Shown here piece after piece: positions 1 to 8,946 of a stretch of DNA of 64,000 nt. The stretch spans positions 1-64,000 of the forward strand of contig NZ_JAVZIN010000008.1 of assembly GCF_038871235.1 (NCBI RefSeq), written 5' to 3'. The notes beneath the pieces are model-generated. The model did not search any database, was not told where the DNA came from, and was given only the letters and a program-made list of their open reading frames with translations. Within the stretch, counting starts at the first letter, position 1. Each line of letters starts with the position of its first letter. Source of the DNA: Candidatus Hadarchaeum sp. GTDB lineage: Archaea > Hadarchaeota > Hadarchaeia > Hadarchaeales > Hadarchaeaceae. The position numbers and the translations under genes are program-made.

Positions 1-719
1 TGGCCCGGCTTCCCTACCTTCCCTTCGGGATGCCGGTGGGCGCTATATTGGTCGCGCTGGGTCTGATCAGCATGGTCGTCGGGGTCCTCATGGCCCTCAT
101 GCAGCGGGACTTTAAGCGCATGCTCGCCTACCACGTCATCAGCCAGAAGGGCTACATGGTCCTAGGCATCGGCCTTGGCACTCTGGGGGCAACTCTAGGC
201 ACTCAAGGAGGTCTCTTCCACCTTCTAAACCATTCAACTTACAAAGCCCTACTGTTCATGTGCGCCGGAGCCGTCCTTTACCAGACTAAGAGCCAAAAGT
301 TCGATGAGCTGGGTGGGTTGGGCAAAAACATGCCCATTACCGCTCTGACCTTCCTCATCGGCGCCCTTGCCATCTCCGGGATACCTCCTCTGAACGGCTT
401 CGTCAGCAAATATATTATTTATCTAGCCGGCCTCCAAGCGGGTATGCCTTGGGTAACCGCCATCGCTGTGCTGGTCAGCGGTCTGACGCTGGCCAGCTTC
501 ATGAAGGCCTTCAGCTCAGTATTCCTGGGTCAGAGGCCGCGGCATCTGCAGGGTACTATGGAGGCTCCCAAGCCCATGCTCTTCGCCATGATTGCAATGG
601 CTGTGATCTGCGTGGCCATAGGTCTGGTTCCAGACCTAGGATTCAATATCGTGGGTCCGGCGGCGGAAGCGGCTAAAAACGTGGTTAGCTATGTAAGTCA
701 AGTGCTGGGGGGAACCTGA
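1..719 (+). CDS. Mrp/NuoL-M-N-type antiporter subunit of membrane-bound hydrogenase (MbhH-like), 5'-truncated
   Basis: Hydrophobic; DFKRMLAYH..SQ.GY, NH..YKALLF, AISGIPPLNGFVSK motifs; frame is open to the window start. Confidence 0.88.
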   Translation, partial: ARLPYLPFGMPVGAILVALGLISMVVGVLMALMQRDFKRMLAYHVISQKGYMVLGIGLGTLGATLGTQGGLFHLLNHSTYKALLFMCAGAVLYQTKSQKFDELGGLGKNMPITALTFLIGALAISGIPPLNGFVSKYIIYLAGLQAGMPWVTAIAVLVSGLTLASFMKAFSSVFLGQRPRHLQGTMEAPKPMLFAMIAMAVICVAIGLVPDLGFNIVGPAAEAAKNVVSYVSQVLGGT

Positions 720-1048
720 TGTTTGACCTGATCTGGCAACCGATAATCGTCACGGCCGCAATCTTGCTCTGCTCGCTGGCCACCTATGGGTTAATTGCGA
801 TTGGGAGAAAAACCACCAAACCCCAGCCGACCCCGGAGAAGATGAAGAACTATGCCTGCGGAGAGGAACTGGAGCCTGAGGAGATCCACGCTGACAGTGC
901 TCAATTTTTCTCCGCGGTGCGCCGGGTTCTGCGGCCGTTTTATCGCTACGTTCAAGCCGCCCACACGGGTGAAGTCAACACCTATCTTCTCTGGATACTT
1001 GTTGGCTTTGTAGTCATCCTAATAGTAATCCTGCTCACAGTGTGGTGA
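719..1048 (+). CDS. Small membrane subunit of hydrogenase complex (MbhI-like)
   Basis: N- and C-terminal TM segments, YACGE and HTGEVNTYL motifs; position between antiporter and small subunit. Confidence 0.7.
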   Translation: MFDLIWQPIIVTAAILLCSLATYGLIAIGRKTTKPQPTPEKMKNYACGEELEPEEIHADSAQFFSAVRRVLRPFYRYVQAAHTGEVNTYLLWILVGFVVILIVILLTVW

Positions 1049-1052
1049 AATT

Positions 1053-1472
1053 ATGGGACTGACAACCTACTTCAGGAAAAAATCACCCTGGCTGTTACAC
1101 TTCAACTCAGGAGGGTGCAACGGCTGCGACATCGAGCTGCTGGCGGCTCTCACCCCGAGGTATGACGTTGAGCGCTTCGGGGTCAAGCTAAAGGGCTCGC
1201 CAAGGCACGCCGATATCATGGTGGTCACCGGCCCAGTCACCAAACAGACGAGGGAAAGGCTAATCAGAGTCTATGAACAGATGCCTGAGCCTAAAGCAGT
1301 AGTAGCGCTTGGTTCTTGCCCGGCATCAGGATGCGCCTTCCACGATTGCTACAACACCTTAGCTCCGCTAGATAAACACATCCCGGTGGCCGCATATGTG
1401 CCTGGCTGTCCGCCGAGGCCTGAGGCAATCATTTTTGCTCTAGTAAAAGTGCTGGAGGGCATGGGAAAATGA
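1053..1472 (+). CDS. Group 4 [NiFe]-hydrogenase small subunit (MbhJ/NuoB-like)
   Basis: GGCNGCDIE, SPRHAD, GSC and PGCPPRPEAI motifs. Confidence 0.93.
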   Translation: MGLTTYFRKKSPWLLHFNSGGCNGCDIELLAALTPRYDVERFGVKLKGSPRHADIMVVTGPVTKQTRERLIRVYEQMPEPKAVVALGSCPASGCAFHDCYNTLAPLDKHIPVAAYVPGCPPRPEAIIFALVKVLEGMGK

Positions 1473-1900
1473 ACGCGCAAGAAGTGGCTGATCTCATCAA
1501 GCCGGAAGTGGACGAGATTAAGATCATCAGCGAGAGGTGTCTCTTCGCCTCAAGCGACAAGAAAAGGTTCCTGAACATCCTGAAGTCACTGAAGGACAAC
1601 GGCGTCACCCATATCTCCACCATCACCGCCCTTGACAACGGCAAATCAATCGAGCTGATCTACCACTTCGACTGCAAGCCAGCTCTGCTGAACCTCAAGA
1701 TCTTCTTGCCGATGGATGACCTGAAGATACCAACCATAACCGACCTTTTCCCCGGCGCCGTGCTTTACGAGCGCGACATCATGGAGATGATTGGTGTAAT
1801 TGTGGAAGGACATCCTGATCCCAGGAGGCTGTTCCTGCCCGAGGACTGGCCCCAGGGCAAATATCCGCTGAGAAAACAGAAGGAGGAGAAAAAAACATGA
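1469..1900 (+). CDS. Hydrogenase subunit MbhK/NuoC-like
   Basis: YERDIMEMIG..GHPDPRRLFLPEDWP..YPLRK. Confidence 0.9.
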   Translation: MNAQEVADLIKPEVDEIKIISERCLFASSDKKRFLNILKSLKDNGVTHISTITALDNGKSIELIYHFDCKPALLNLKIFLPMDDLKIPTITDLFPGAVLYERDIMEMIGVIVEGHPDPRRLFLPEDWPQGKYPLRKQKEEKKT

Positions 1901-3048
1901 CGATGGTAGTGCCCATAGGACCGCAGCACCCGGCACTAAAGGAACCCGAGTACTTCAGATTTGAGGTCAAGGGCGAGGAGATAGTTGATGTGGACATCTA
2001 CTTCGGCTATGCCCACCGCGGCATCGAGGAGACCTTCGCCCGGCGCAACTATAAGCACAACATCTACCTCTCAGAGAGGATCTGCGGCATCTGTAACATC
2101 TGCCACTCGACCTGTTACTCCATGGCGGTTGAAAGGGTCGCTGGGATTGAACCTCCTGAGCGGGCCAAATACGTCCGCTCGCTGATCCTAGAGCTGGAGA
2201 GAATTCACAGCCACCTGCTCTGGCTTGCTGTGGCGGCACACCAGATCGGCTTTGACACCCTTTTCATGCTGGCCATGAGGGACCGGGAACACGTGATGGA
2301 CATGCGGGAGATAATCTCGGGAGGCAGGGTCCACTCAGCAACCAATGCCATAGGTGGGGTGAGAAGGGACGTGACCCGGGAGCAGATACCCAAGCTGCTG
2401 GAAAAGCTGGATAAGGTGGAGAAGTCAGTAAAATACTACATCAATCTTTTCCAGACCGACCGAACGATAAGGTCCCGCTGTGAAAACGTTGGGGTTCTCA
2501 CGAAGGAGGATGCCATCAAGCTCTGCGCCGTTGGTCCGGTAGCGCGCGCCTCAGGGGTGAAAACCGACATCAGGGTGGAAGACCCCTACGCCGCCTACCC
2601 GAACCTCTCCTTTGAGGTCATCACTGAAACCGACGGGGATGTCATGGCCAAGGGAATGGTCAGGTTAAGAGAGATGGTAGAATCCGTTAAAATGGTGCGG
2701 CAGATCTTGAAGGAGATGCCGAACGGTCCACTCAGGGTGCCTGTGGATCTGAAAATATCGCCCAACGAGGCCGTGCAGAGGGTGGAGGCGCCGCGCGGTG
2801 AACTCCTTTACTACATCAGGTCAAACGGCACTGAAATTCCTGAGCGGGTGCGCGTCAGAACCCCCACCTACGCCTCAGCACCGTCCCTGAAACCGATGTT
2901 CGTGGGGGGAACGGTGGCAGAAATCCCAATCGTTCTCTGGAGCCTCGATGTCTGCTTCGCCTGCAACGATCGGGTGACTCTGGTTGATGTGAACACAGGC
3001 AAGGCCAAGATTGTCACCATGGAGGAACTGAAGAGGTGGCGCAAGTGA
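1897..3048 (+). CDS. Group 4 [NiFe]-hydrogenase large subunit (MbhL-like)
   Basis: GPQHP, ERICGIC (L1), EAPRGEL, DVCFACNDR (L2) followed by a cleavable C-terminal extension. Confidence 0.93.
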   Translation: MTMVVPIGPQHPALKEPEYFRFEVKGEEIVDVDIYFGYAHRGIEETFARRNYKHNIYLSERICGICNICHSTCYSMAVERVAGIEPPERAKYVRSLILELERIHSHLLWLAVAAHQIGFDTLFMLAMRDREHVMDMREIISGGRVHSATNAIGGVRRDVTREQIPKLLEKLDKVEKSVKYYINLFQTDRTIRSRCENVGVLTKEDAIKLCAVGPVARASGVKTDIRVEDPYAAYPNLSFEVITETDGDVMAKGMVRLREMVESVKMVRQILKEMPNGPLRVPVDLKISPNEAVQRVEAPRGELLYYIRSNGTEIPERVRVRTPTYASAPSLKPMFVGGTVAEIPIVLWSLDVCFACNDRVTLVDVNTGKAKIVTMEELKRWRK

Positions 3049-4004
3049 ACTTTATCGATATCCTCCAGTTCATTTACAACTCGCTTGTCTTTCCCGGGCT
3101 ACTCTTCGCTTCCATAATCGGTCTGCTGTACGTTGGGATCGACCGAAAGGTGACTGGACACCTGCAACACCGCATAGGCCCACCGATATGGCAGGAATTC
3201 CTCGACTTTGGAAAGCTGATGACTAAAGAAGACATCACACCTGCTGCTGCGATCAGACCCGTCTTCGCGGCCGCACCTTTGTTCGCCTTGGGCTCGTTGG
3301 CGGCGGTAATGCTACTCTTGCCTGTGGTCTCGGCCCAGCCTGCGCTTTTGCTAACTGCGGATCTCATCGTTATCATTTACCTGCTTAATCTTCCGGCCAT
3401 CTCAATGATACTGGGTGGATATTCCTCCGGAAGCCCGTTCGCCATCGCTGGAGCAGGACGCTACATCGTACAACTCTTGGGCTACGAGTTCGTCTTCATA
3501 CTGTCGATTGCAACCATAGCCGTGAAAGTTGGAACTCTCAATCTGACGGATATCATCAACTATCAAAGGACGAGCGGGTGGCTGTTGCTAGACTGGAAAC
3601 TTCTGCCGGCGATTATAGCCATGCTCATCGCGGCCCAAGGAAAACTGCTCCGCACACCATTCGATATACCGGAGGCCGAGAGCGAGATCGTCGCCGGTCC
3701 ACTCACTGAGTACTCTGGCCCCAAACTGGCCATCTGGAGAACCGCATACAACGTGGAAACCATCGCAGTGGCTGCCCTTTTGGTCTCCCTCTTCTTGGGT
3801 GGTCCAACTCCATATATTTTTGGAAGCATACAGATACCAGCCATCGTGGACTTCCTCATCAAGACATTCTTGATAGTGATGCTGACCACGATAGTGAGAA
3901 ACATCGTGGCTAGAGTGAGGATCGACCAAGCACTGAAGTTCTACTGGACCTTTGGCACACTTCTCGCCGCAATCAGTCTAATACTCGTGATGGTGGTGCC
4001 CTAA
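3036..4004 (+). CDS. Hydrogenase membrane subunit MbhM/NuoH-like
   Basis: DRK...QHRIGPP and PFDIPEAESEIVAGPLTEYSG motifs. Confidence 0.92.
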   Translation: MAQVNFIDILQFIYNSLVFPGLLFASIIGLLYVGIDRKVTGHLQHRIGPPIWQEFLDFGKLMTKEDITPAAAIRPVFAAAPLFALGSLAAVMLLLPVVSAQPALLLTADLIVIIYLLNLPAISMILGGYSSGSPFAIAGAGRYIVQLLGYEFVFILSIATIAVKVGTLNLTDIINYQRTSGWLLLDWKLLPAIIAMLIAAQGKLLRTPFDIPEAESEIVAGPLTEYSGPKLAIWRTAYNVETIAVAALLVSLFLGGPTPYIFGSIQIPAIVDFLIKTFLIVMLTTIVRNIVARVRIDQALKFYWTFGTLLAAISLILVMVVP

Positions 4005-4315
4005 TGGTGAAAATACTGCCCAAGGTTCTGGCCAACCTTTTCCGCAAGCCCTTCACGGTGAAGTACCCGTATGAAAAGGTAGAGCCCGCTGATGGTTACC
4101 GTGGAAAGCCATCAATAACCAGAGAGAAATGCATCCGCTGCTGGCAGTGTATCAGAGCCTGTCCAGATAGGGCAATTAGCATCGACAAGGAAACTAAAAC
4201 CCCAGTCATCTGGCTGGGCAGATGCACCTACTGTGGAGAGTGTGCCGAGGCCTGCCCAACGAAAACGATCGTGATGACAAAGAACTTCGAGTTCTTGGAC
4301 CAGTACGAGAAATAA
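4004..4315 (+). CDS. 2x[4Fe-4S] subunit MbhN/NuoI-like
   Basis: TVKYP; CIRCWQCIRACP and CTYCGECAEACP. Confidence 0.92.
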   Translation: MVKILPKVLANLFRKPFTVKYPYEKVEPADGYRGKPSITREKCIRCWQCIRACPDRAISIDKETKTPVIWLGRCTYCGECAEACPTKTIVMTKNFEFLDQYEK

Positions 4316-4323
4316 GGCGCTAA

Positions 4324-4818
4324 TTAGAACTGTTTAAATAGCTCAGTCAGAATTTTCAGAACCATATTCATAGAGTTTTTCACCGCTTCGCACATTTTTG
4401 AACCTAGACCGACCTGTCCTGGCTGAATCCCCAACAAGACTACCTCCGCCCCCGTCTGCTCCTTAAGGTAGCCCGTCAGCACGGAAAGAGGTATGGTGTG
4501 TGTGGAAACTGGGCGACCGGCGATGGCCTCGGGATCAGCAACAATCATATCTCCAGCCCTAGCGCCGAAATCAGCCGCATCAATAAGTATGATATGGGAT
4601 GGTCTGAAACGCCGGATCTGAGAGGTATAGTTCTCAGGAGCCACACCACCCTCTAAAAGCAAAACTTTTGGTGACTTTATACGGTTACGCAACTTCCTGA
4701 CTATCTCAACGCCGACAGCATCATCTCCCCGCAAATCGCTGCCGACGCCGACGATCGCTACCCGCGTGGCCCGATTTAAAAATGAGGACAAATCCACGAC
4801 CAAAATTTCACCTGACAA
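4324..4818 (-). CDS. hycI: Hydrogenase maturation endopeptidase (HycI-type)
   Basis: GVGSDLRGDDAVG, APEN, IDAADFG, STHTIPL. Confidence 0.9.
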   Translation of the reverse strand: MSGEILVVDLSSFLNRATRVAIVGVGSDLRGDDAVGVEIVRKLRNRIKSPKVLLLEGGVAPENYTSQIRRFRPSHIILIDAADFGARAGDMIVADPEAIAGRPVSTHTIPLSVLTGYLKEQTGAEVVLLGIQPGQVGLGSKMCEAVKNSMNMVLKILTELFKQF

Positions 4819-5500
4819 AATTATCGTAAATTAAATCCTCTCGCTTTGCCCCAACCCGCTTCAGTGCTGAAAGTGCCCAATCAATCTTCCCAACCTCTGA
4901 AATCCGGTGGGCATCTGAACCAATGCTGAGCTTTACCCCCTTTTTAAGACAAAGCCTGATGAAAGCATCGTCAGGCACTTTATATTTCACGTTAACCTCC
5001 ATCGCCACATTTTTCTCCGCCGCTAGGTCGACGAAGCCCTCAATTTCCTCCCACGAGAGGCTCGGCAGCAGATCTACGTTGAAGAAAAACGGGTGACAGA
5101 AGACATCAACCCTTTGTCTTTCTATCGCACGAGTTGCACGGAAGAGGTATTCATGGGCATTATCACTCAAGTGAATCTTCCCAATATCGTGAATCCCTAT
5201 CAAGAGAATGTCGATTTTTTTGACAAAATCATCCTCCACATCTAAACTGCCATACCTGCTGACCACGTTGGCTTCAATCCCGGCCAAAACAGGTGTTTCG
5301 ACATCCTCAGCGACGATTTTTATATCCTCGAGCATCTGCGTCATTTTCTCCCGACCCACACCAACGCTGAGCTCAGGACCATGATCGGTGAAAGCTAAGG
5401 CCTCCAAACCCCTGGTTGTTGCCGCCTCGACCACCTCGGCATGGCTGCAGGTGCCATCCGAATATCGAGTATGTATGTGAAAATCGAACTTTTTTAGCAT
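4808..5500 (-). CDS. PHP-family phosphoesterase
   Basis: DFHIHTRYSDG, FTDH, GIE, CHP, GSDAH. Confidence 0.88.
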   Translation of the reverse strand: MLKKFDFHIHTRYSDGTCSHAEVVEAATTRGLEALAFTDHGPELSVGVGREKMTQMLEDIKIVAEDVETPVLAGIEANVVSRYGSLDVEDDFVKKIDILLIGIHDIGKIHLSDNAHEYLFRATRAIERQRVDVFCHPFFFNVDLLPSLSWEEIEGFVDLAAEKNVAMEVNVKYKVPDDAFIRLCLKKGVKLSIGSDAHRISEVGKIDWALSALKRVGAKREDLIYDNFVR

Positions 5501-5591
5501 ACTAAACCAAAACCGAATTGTACCTAAAAGGCTTAATTATACCTACTGAAAGGATGTTTCAGAAAGAAATTTTAAAAACGGGTGAAGCGGG

Positions 5592-6629
5592 ATGGTGGAA
5601 AATCAAAGCGATAATATGTCGAAGAGAATAACCCTTTCGCACGGCGCTGGCGGAAAAATTATGATGGATTTCATAAAAAACATCATTTTGAAGGAAATTA
5701 ACCTCAAAAGCGCCGGAGAGGTGGGGCTTGACGCTCTTGACGACGGAGCCAGTATTTCCCTAGGTGACAAGACCCTGATATTCACTACCGACTCGCACAC
5801 GGTAAAACCACTATTTTTTCCCGGAGGGGATATCGGAAAGCTGTCTGTATCGGGAACAATAAACGACTTGGCAATGATGGGGGGGAGGCCGCTCGCCATG
5901 GCCTGTGCAATAGTGGTGGAAGAAGGATTTTCCATCGCCGATCTGGAACGAATATTTCGCTCAATGAACATCACTTCCCAAGAAGTTGGTTGTCCCCTAA
6001 TCACAGGTGATTTTAAAGTTATGGAAAAGGGATCGCTAGATGGGATGATTATAACTACCACAGGTGTAGGTCTAGCTGATAAAATCATCACCGATCGGGG
6101 GTTGAAACCGGGAGATAAAATCATTGTTACGGGAACCATCGGTGACCATGGGATGACAATAATTGCTCAGAGAGAAGGGATAAATCTAGCCACGGATTTG
6201 GTCTCCGACGTTGCACCCCTGTGGGAAACTATTGAGGCCGCTCTGAAGGTGGGTGGAGTAACCGCAATGAAAGATCCCACGCGAGGGGGCCTAAACGGAG
6301 CTTTGAATGAGATGGCGGAAAAGGCAAGAGTGGGCATAATCATCAAGGAAAATGAAATCCCAATTTTAGATTCTGTCAGGGCTGCTAGCGAAATGCTGGG
6401 TATTGATCCTCTCCAAATCACCAATGAAGGAAAGGCTGTTATATCTGTGGAACCGGCAAAGTGCGACTTAGTGCTGGAAGCAATTAAAAAAACCAAATAT
6501 GGTAAAAATGCTAAAATAATAGGTGAAGTGATAGCAGATTACCCTGGAGATGTGATTCTTGAAACCAGCGTTGGAGGTAGAAGACTATTAGAAACCCCAA
6601 TCGGGGACCCAGCTCCAAGAATATGTTAA
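5592..6629 (+). CDS. hypE: Hydrogenase maturation carbamoyl dehydratase HypE
   Basis: HGAGG, TTDSHTVKPLFFPGGDIG, DPTRGG, C-terminal PRIC. Confidence 0.96.
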   Translation: MVENQSDNMSKRITLSHGAGGKIMMDFIKNIILKEINLKSAGEVGLDALDDGASISLGDKTLIFTTDSHTVKPLFFPGGDIGKLSVSGTINDLAMMGGRPLAMACAIVVEEGFSIADLERIFRSMNITSQEVGCPLITGDFKVMEKGSLDGMIITTTGVGLADKIITDRGLKPGDKIIVTGTIGDHGMTIIAQREGINLATDLVSDVAPLWETIEAALKVGGVTAMKDPTRGGLNGALNEMAEKARVGIIIKENEIPILDSVRAASEMLGIDPLQITNEGKAVISVEPAKCDLVLEAIKKTKYGKNAKIIGEVIADYPGDVILETSVGGRRLLETPIGDPAPRIC

Positions 6630-6641
6630 TATACATTAATT

Positions 6642-6921
6642 GACAAATAATGACAAAAATAGAAAATTAAATATTCAGAAAAATATGTACATAAGTGGGC
6701 AATAGACAAATATAGACATATAAAAACGTGAGACTTCGGGCAACTGCTCACTGTCATTAAAAAATTATTAATGGGGGCTTTTTGGCCTTTCCAAATGCTT
6801 TTAAATAAATTTATAAAGGATGAACATTGGAATCATGATCCAATAAAAATCTAAAAATAGACAAAACTGGACAGATGTAATTAAATTTATATATTTAGAC
6901 ATAGATTGACAAATGTGGACA
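6642..6921 (+). repeat. AT-rich intergenic region with 10-bp-periodic direct GACA repeats (four clusters)
   Basis: GACA at 6642/6652, 6705/6715, 6860/6870 and 6898/6908/6918; exactly 10 bp apart within each cluster. Confidence 0.8.
6886..6893 (+). promoter_or_regulatory. TATA box of the HTH-ATPase operon
   Basis: TTTATATA about 30 bp upstream of ATG 6923; no SD seen, so probably a leaderless transcript. Confidence 0.6.
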
Positions 6922-6922
6922 T

Positions 6923-7516
6923 ATGGAAAAAATGTATACGCTGAAAGAGGCAAGAGAAATCCTTAGGGTGTGTACTAAAACCATCCAAAGGTGGGATAAA
7001 CAGGGAAAAATAAAGTGTATTCGCACTCCAGGAAATCGTCGACTCATACCAGAAAGCGAGATTTTAAGAATAATTGGAAAAATTACTCCTTTAAGTGAAG
7101 AAAAAGAAGAAATTAAAACTATAAAAGTCAAAATTGGGCCAAAAAAAGAAACATCACCTCTTGAACCTGAAACGCAAGCTGAAAAGGAAAAAATTGAAAA
7201 ACCCGCGAAAACCGAAAAGATCCAGCAGTCGGCACCACCAGAGCCAAAAATACCTGAACAGCCGCCCAAGCCCAAAGAAATGACACGATACGCGATACTC
7301 GACGCTCTTGAACCATCCGGGCTGGCTATCCGCTCTGCATTTGGCGACCTTTTATCCGCAGCCATTCTTCTAAAAAAATTTACTATCAAGGACCTATCTG
7401 CAAAGGCCCGTTGTCCTGAAACCGTAGCAAACATGTTTTGCCAGCGCATGAATTCGCTCGGCTATATAACTGAAAAAGATGGGGTTTTTGAAATGCAGAT
7501 TGAGGTTATTAAATGA
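6923..7516 (+). CDS. MerR-like (Xis/BldC/IS607-type) HTH protein with Pro/Glu/Lys linker and putative C-terminal winged helix
   Basis: N-term [43 protein letters not shown]; low-complexity linker; C-term [30 protein letters not shown] resembles a wHTH. Confidence 0.75.
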   Translation: MEKMYTLKEAREILRVCTKTIQRWDKQGKIKCIRTPGNRRLIPESEILRIIGKITPLSEEKEEIKTIKVKIGPKKETSPLEPETQAEKEKIEKPAKTEKIQQSAPPEPKIPEQPPKPKEMTRYAILDALEPSGLAIRSAFGDLLSAAILLKKFTIKDLSAKARCPETVANMFCQRMNSLGYITEKDGVFEMQIEVIK

Positions 7517-8382
7517 CAACTTTTGATGAAAAAATCGGGAGAGATCAACGTTTTGAAGCCTTTATTCAGCGCTGGGGGCTAAAAAAAGACCCTTTTAGTT
7601 TTGAAATACCATCAATTGACTCTTTTGCGCCAACACAGCAAGAAGACATCAGAAAAATTAAACAATTACTCTTAGAAGGTAAAGTTGGGGTGCTCACAGG
7701 CGACTTGGGAATGGGTAAAACCACTCTTTGCGAATTCATTGTTTCGGCTTTAAGAGAAGAAAGCCTGTCAATAACGGATCCCTCCAAACAAACCATACCT
7801 GTCCTCGTCCATGGTGCGGCCTACAAATCGTCGGGAGAAATTATCCGGGCGATACTGCTCGCGCTGGAAATGCCTGTGGATAAAGACGACGCTAGTCTTT
7901 TTGACGTTTTAAGAAGATGGCACCACGATCACCAAGAGCGCCTGATCATCATAATTGACGATATCCCGGAAAGCGGCGCAAATGTGCTTGAAATAGGTGA
8001 GTTTCTGCGCGTTCTTTCAGATATCCAAAACATATCCATCTTGATCAACGGAGAAAAAAATCAGATGCAGCGATTTTTGGAGAAGGTTCCATCGCTCAGG
8101 GATAGAGTCCAACTATACGTAGAGCTTAAACCAATGAACAAAGAAACTATAAAAGACCTCCTAAAACTGCGGTTAAGGGCCGCCGGATGCTTGAATTACG
8201 ACGCTTTGATAACTCCTAACGGATTTGACGCGATTTACAAGCTGAGCAATGGCAATCCACGGTTGGCGCTTAAGGTCGCCGACAAAGCGCTACACCTGGC
8301 CGCAGCTTTAGATGTTCCAATAAATGAAAGAGTGGTGAAAAAGGCAAACAAGGTTTCCTTCTGGAGGCGTCTGTTCGGATAG
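7513..8382 (+). CDS. ExeA/GspA-like AAA+ ATPase with C-terminal amphipathic tail
   Basis: WGLKKDPFS, Walker [10 protein letters not shown], Walker B IIIIDD, SLRDRV, GNPR; ends [10 protein letters not shown]; start overlaps the upstream stop. Confidence 0.8.
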   Translation: MTTFDEKIGRDQRFEAFIQRWGLKKDPFSFEIPSIDSFAPTQQEDIRKIKQLLLEGKVGVLTGDLGMGKTTLCEFIVSALREESLSITDPSKQTIPVLVHGAAYKSSGEIIRAILLALEMPVDKDDASLFDVLRRWHHDHQERLIIIIDDIPESGANVLEIGEFLRVLSDIQNISILINGEKNQMQRFLEKVPSLRDRVQLYVELKPMNKETIKDLLKLRLRAAGCLNYDALITPNGFDAIYKLSNGNPRLALKVADKALHLAAALDVPINERVVKKANKVSFWRRLFG

Positions 8383-8415
8383 GGCCGGTAAACTCTCGGC
8401 GGCAACTATTTATTT

Positions 8416-8438
8416 TTGTTTCCTAAAATAGGAAACAA
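8416..8438. promoter_or_regulatory. Perfect palindromic operator TTGTTTCCTA-N3-TAGGAAACAA
   Basis: 10-bp perfect inverted repeat directly after TATTTATT and before ATG 8443. Confidence 0.7.
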
Positions 8439-8442
8439 GGAG

Positions 8443-8853
8443 ATGACATCATTGGAAGCCGAAAAAACGCCAAGGGCAACAGACTGGCTTCGTGATAACC
8501 TCCTAGTAAAAGTTCTATTGGAGCGATCACATTTAGACGAAAAAACCTTGAAAGCAATGCTGCTCTACTATTGGTCTGAGAACCCAACTTTCGAAATTAT
8601 TGCCAAAAAACTCAAAATAAAAAGATCTGGGGCCTGGAAAAGGTGGAAAAAGGGCCAAGAAGCCATAATGCGCTCATTTTACACGATTGAACTGGCGATC
8701 TACTCAGGAATTCTGGAAAGGGAAACCGCAGAAATCCTGATTGATGACCTAATTGACTACAATGAACTGGCCAAAGGAGCCGCAAATGTTGAAGAAATCA
8801 GGGATAGGATTGAACGCCGGATGGTTCAACTGGTTAGGAATCTGCGTAGCTAA
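8443..8853 (+). CDS. Uncharacterised archaeal HTH DNA-binding protein
   Basis: TFEIIAKKLKIKRSGAWKRW HTH-like segment; ATG 8443 with GGAG preferred over TTG 8416. Confidence 0.65.
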   Translation: MTSLEAEKTPRATDWLRDNLLVKVLLERSHLDEKTLKAMLLYYWSENPTFEIIAKKLKIKRSGAWKRWKKGQEAIMRSFYTIELAIYSGILERETAEILIDDLIDYNELAKGAANVEEIRDRIERRMVQLVRNLRS

Positions 8854-8946
8854 AAAAATTATTCAACCAAATTCCTCGGCATCGAAAGGTATTTATTGGT
8901 TCCAAAACGAGGAAAAACTACAAACAGACTAAGGAGGCAAAAGACT

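Noticed and set aside
141-155. SQKGY instead of SQ(I/L/M)GY in the antiporter subunit
   Set aside because: One base away from ATG (Met); could be a sequencing error and cannot be evaluated here
1897-3048. Mbs/complex-I-like non-hydrogenase, or selenocysteine use
   Set aside because: All four Cys ligands are present and there is no in-frame TGA
6630-6922. Replication origin or CRISPR array
   Set aside because: No ORB-like motif or cdc6 is recognisable; the repeats are 4-bp cores without a repeat-spacer structure
6923-7516. IS607 transposase TnpA or an IS element
   Set aside because: Only the HTH resembles it; there is no serine-recombinase YARVS domain and no tnpB
7513-8382. Type II secretion ExeA or Tn7/Mu TnsC
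   Set aside because: No secretion genes, DDE transposase or TniQ nearby
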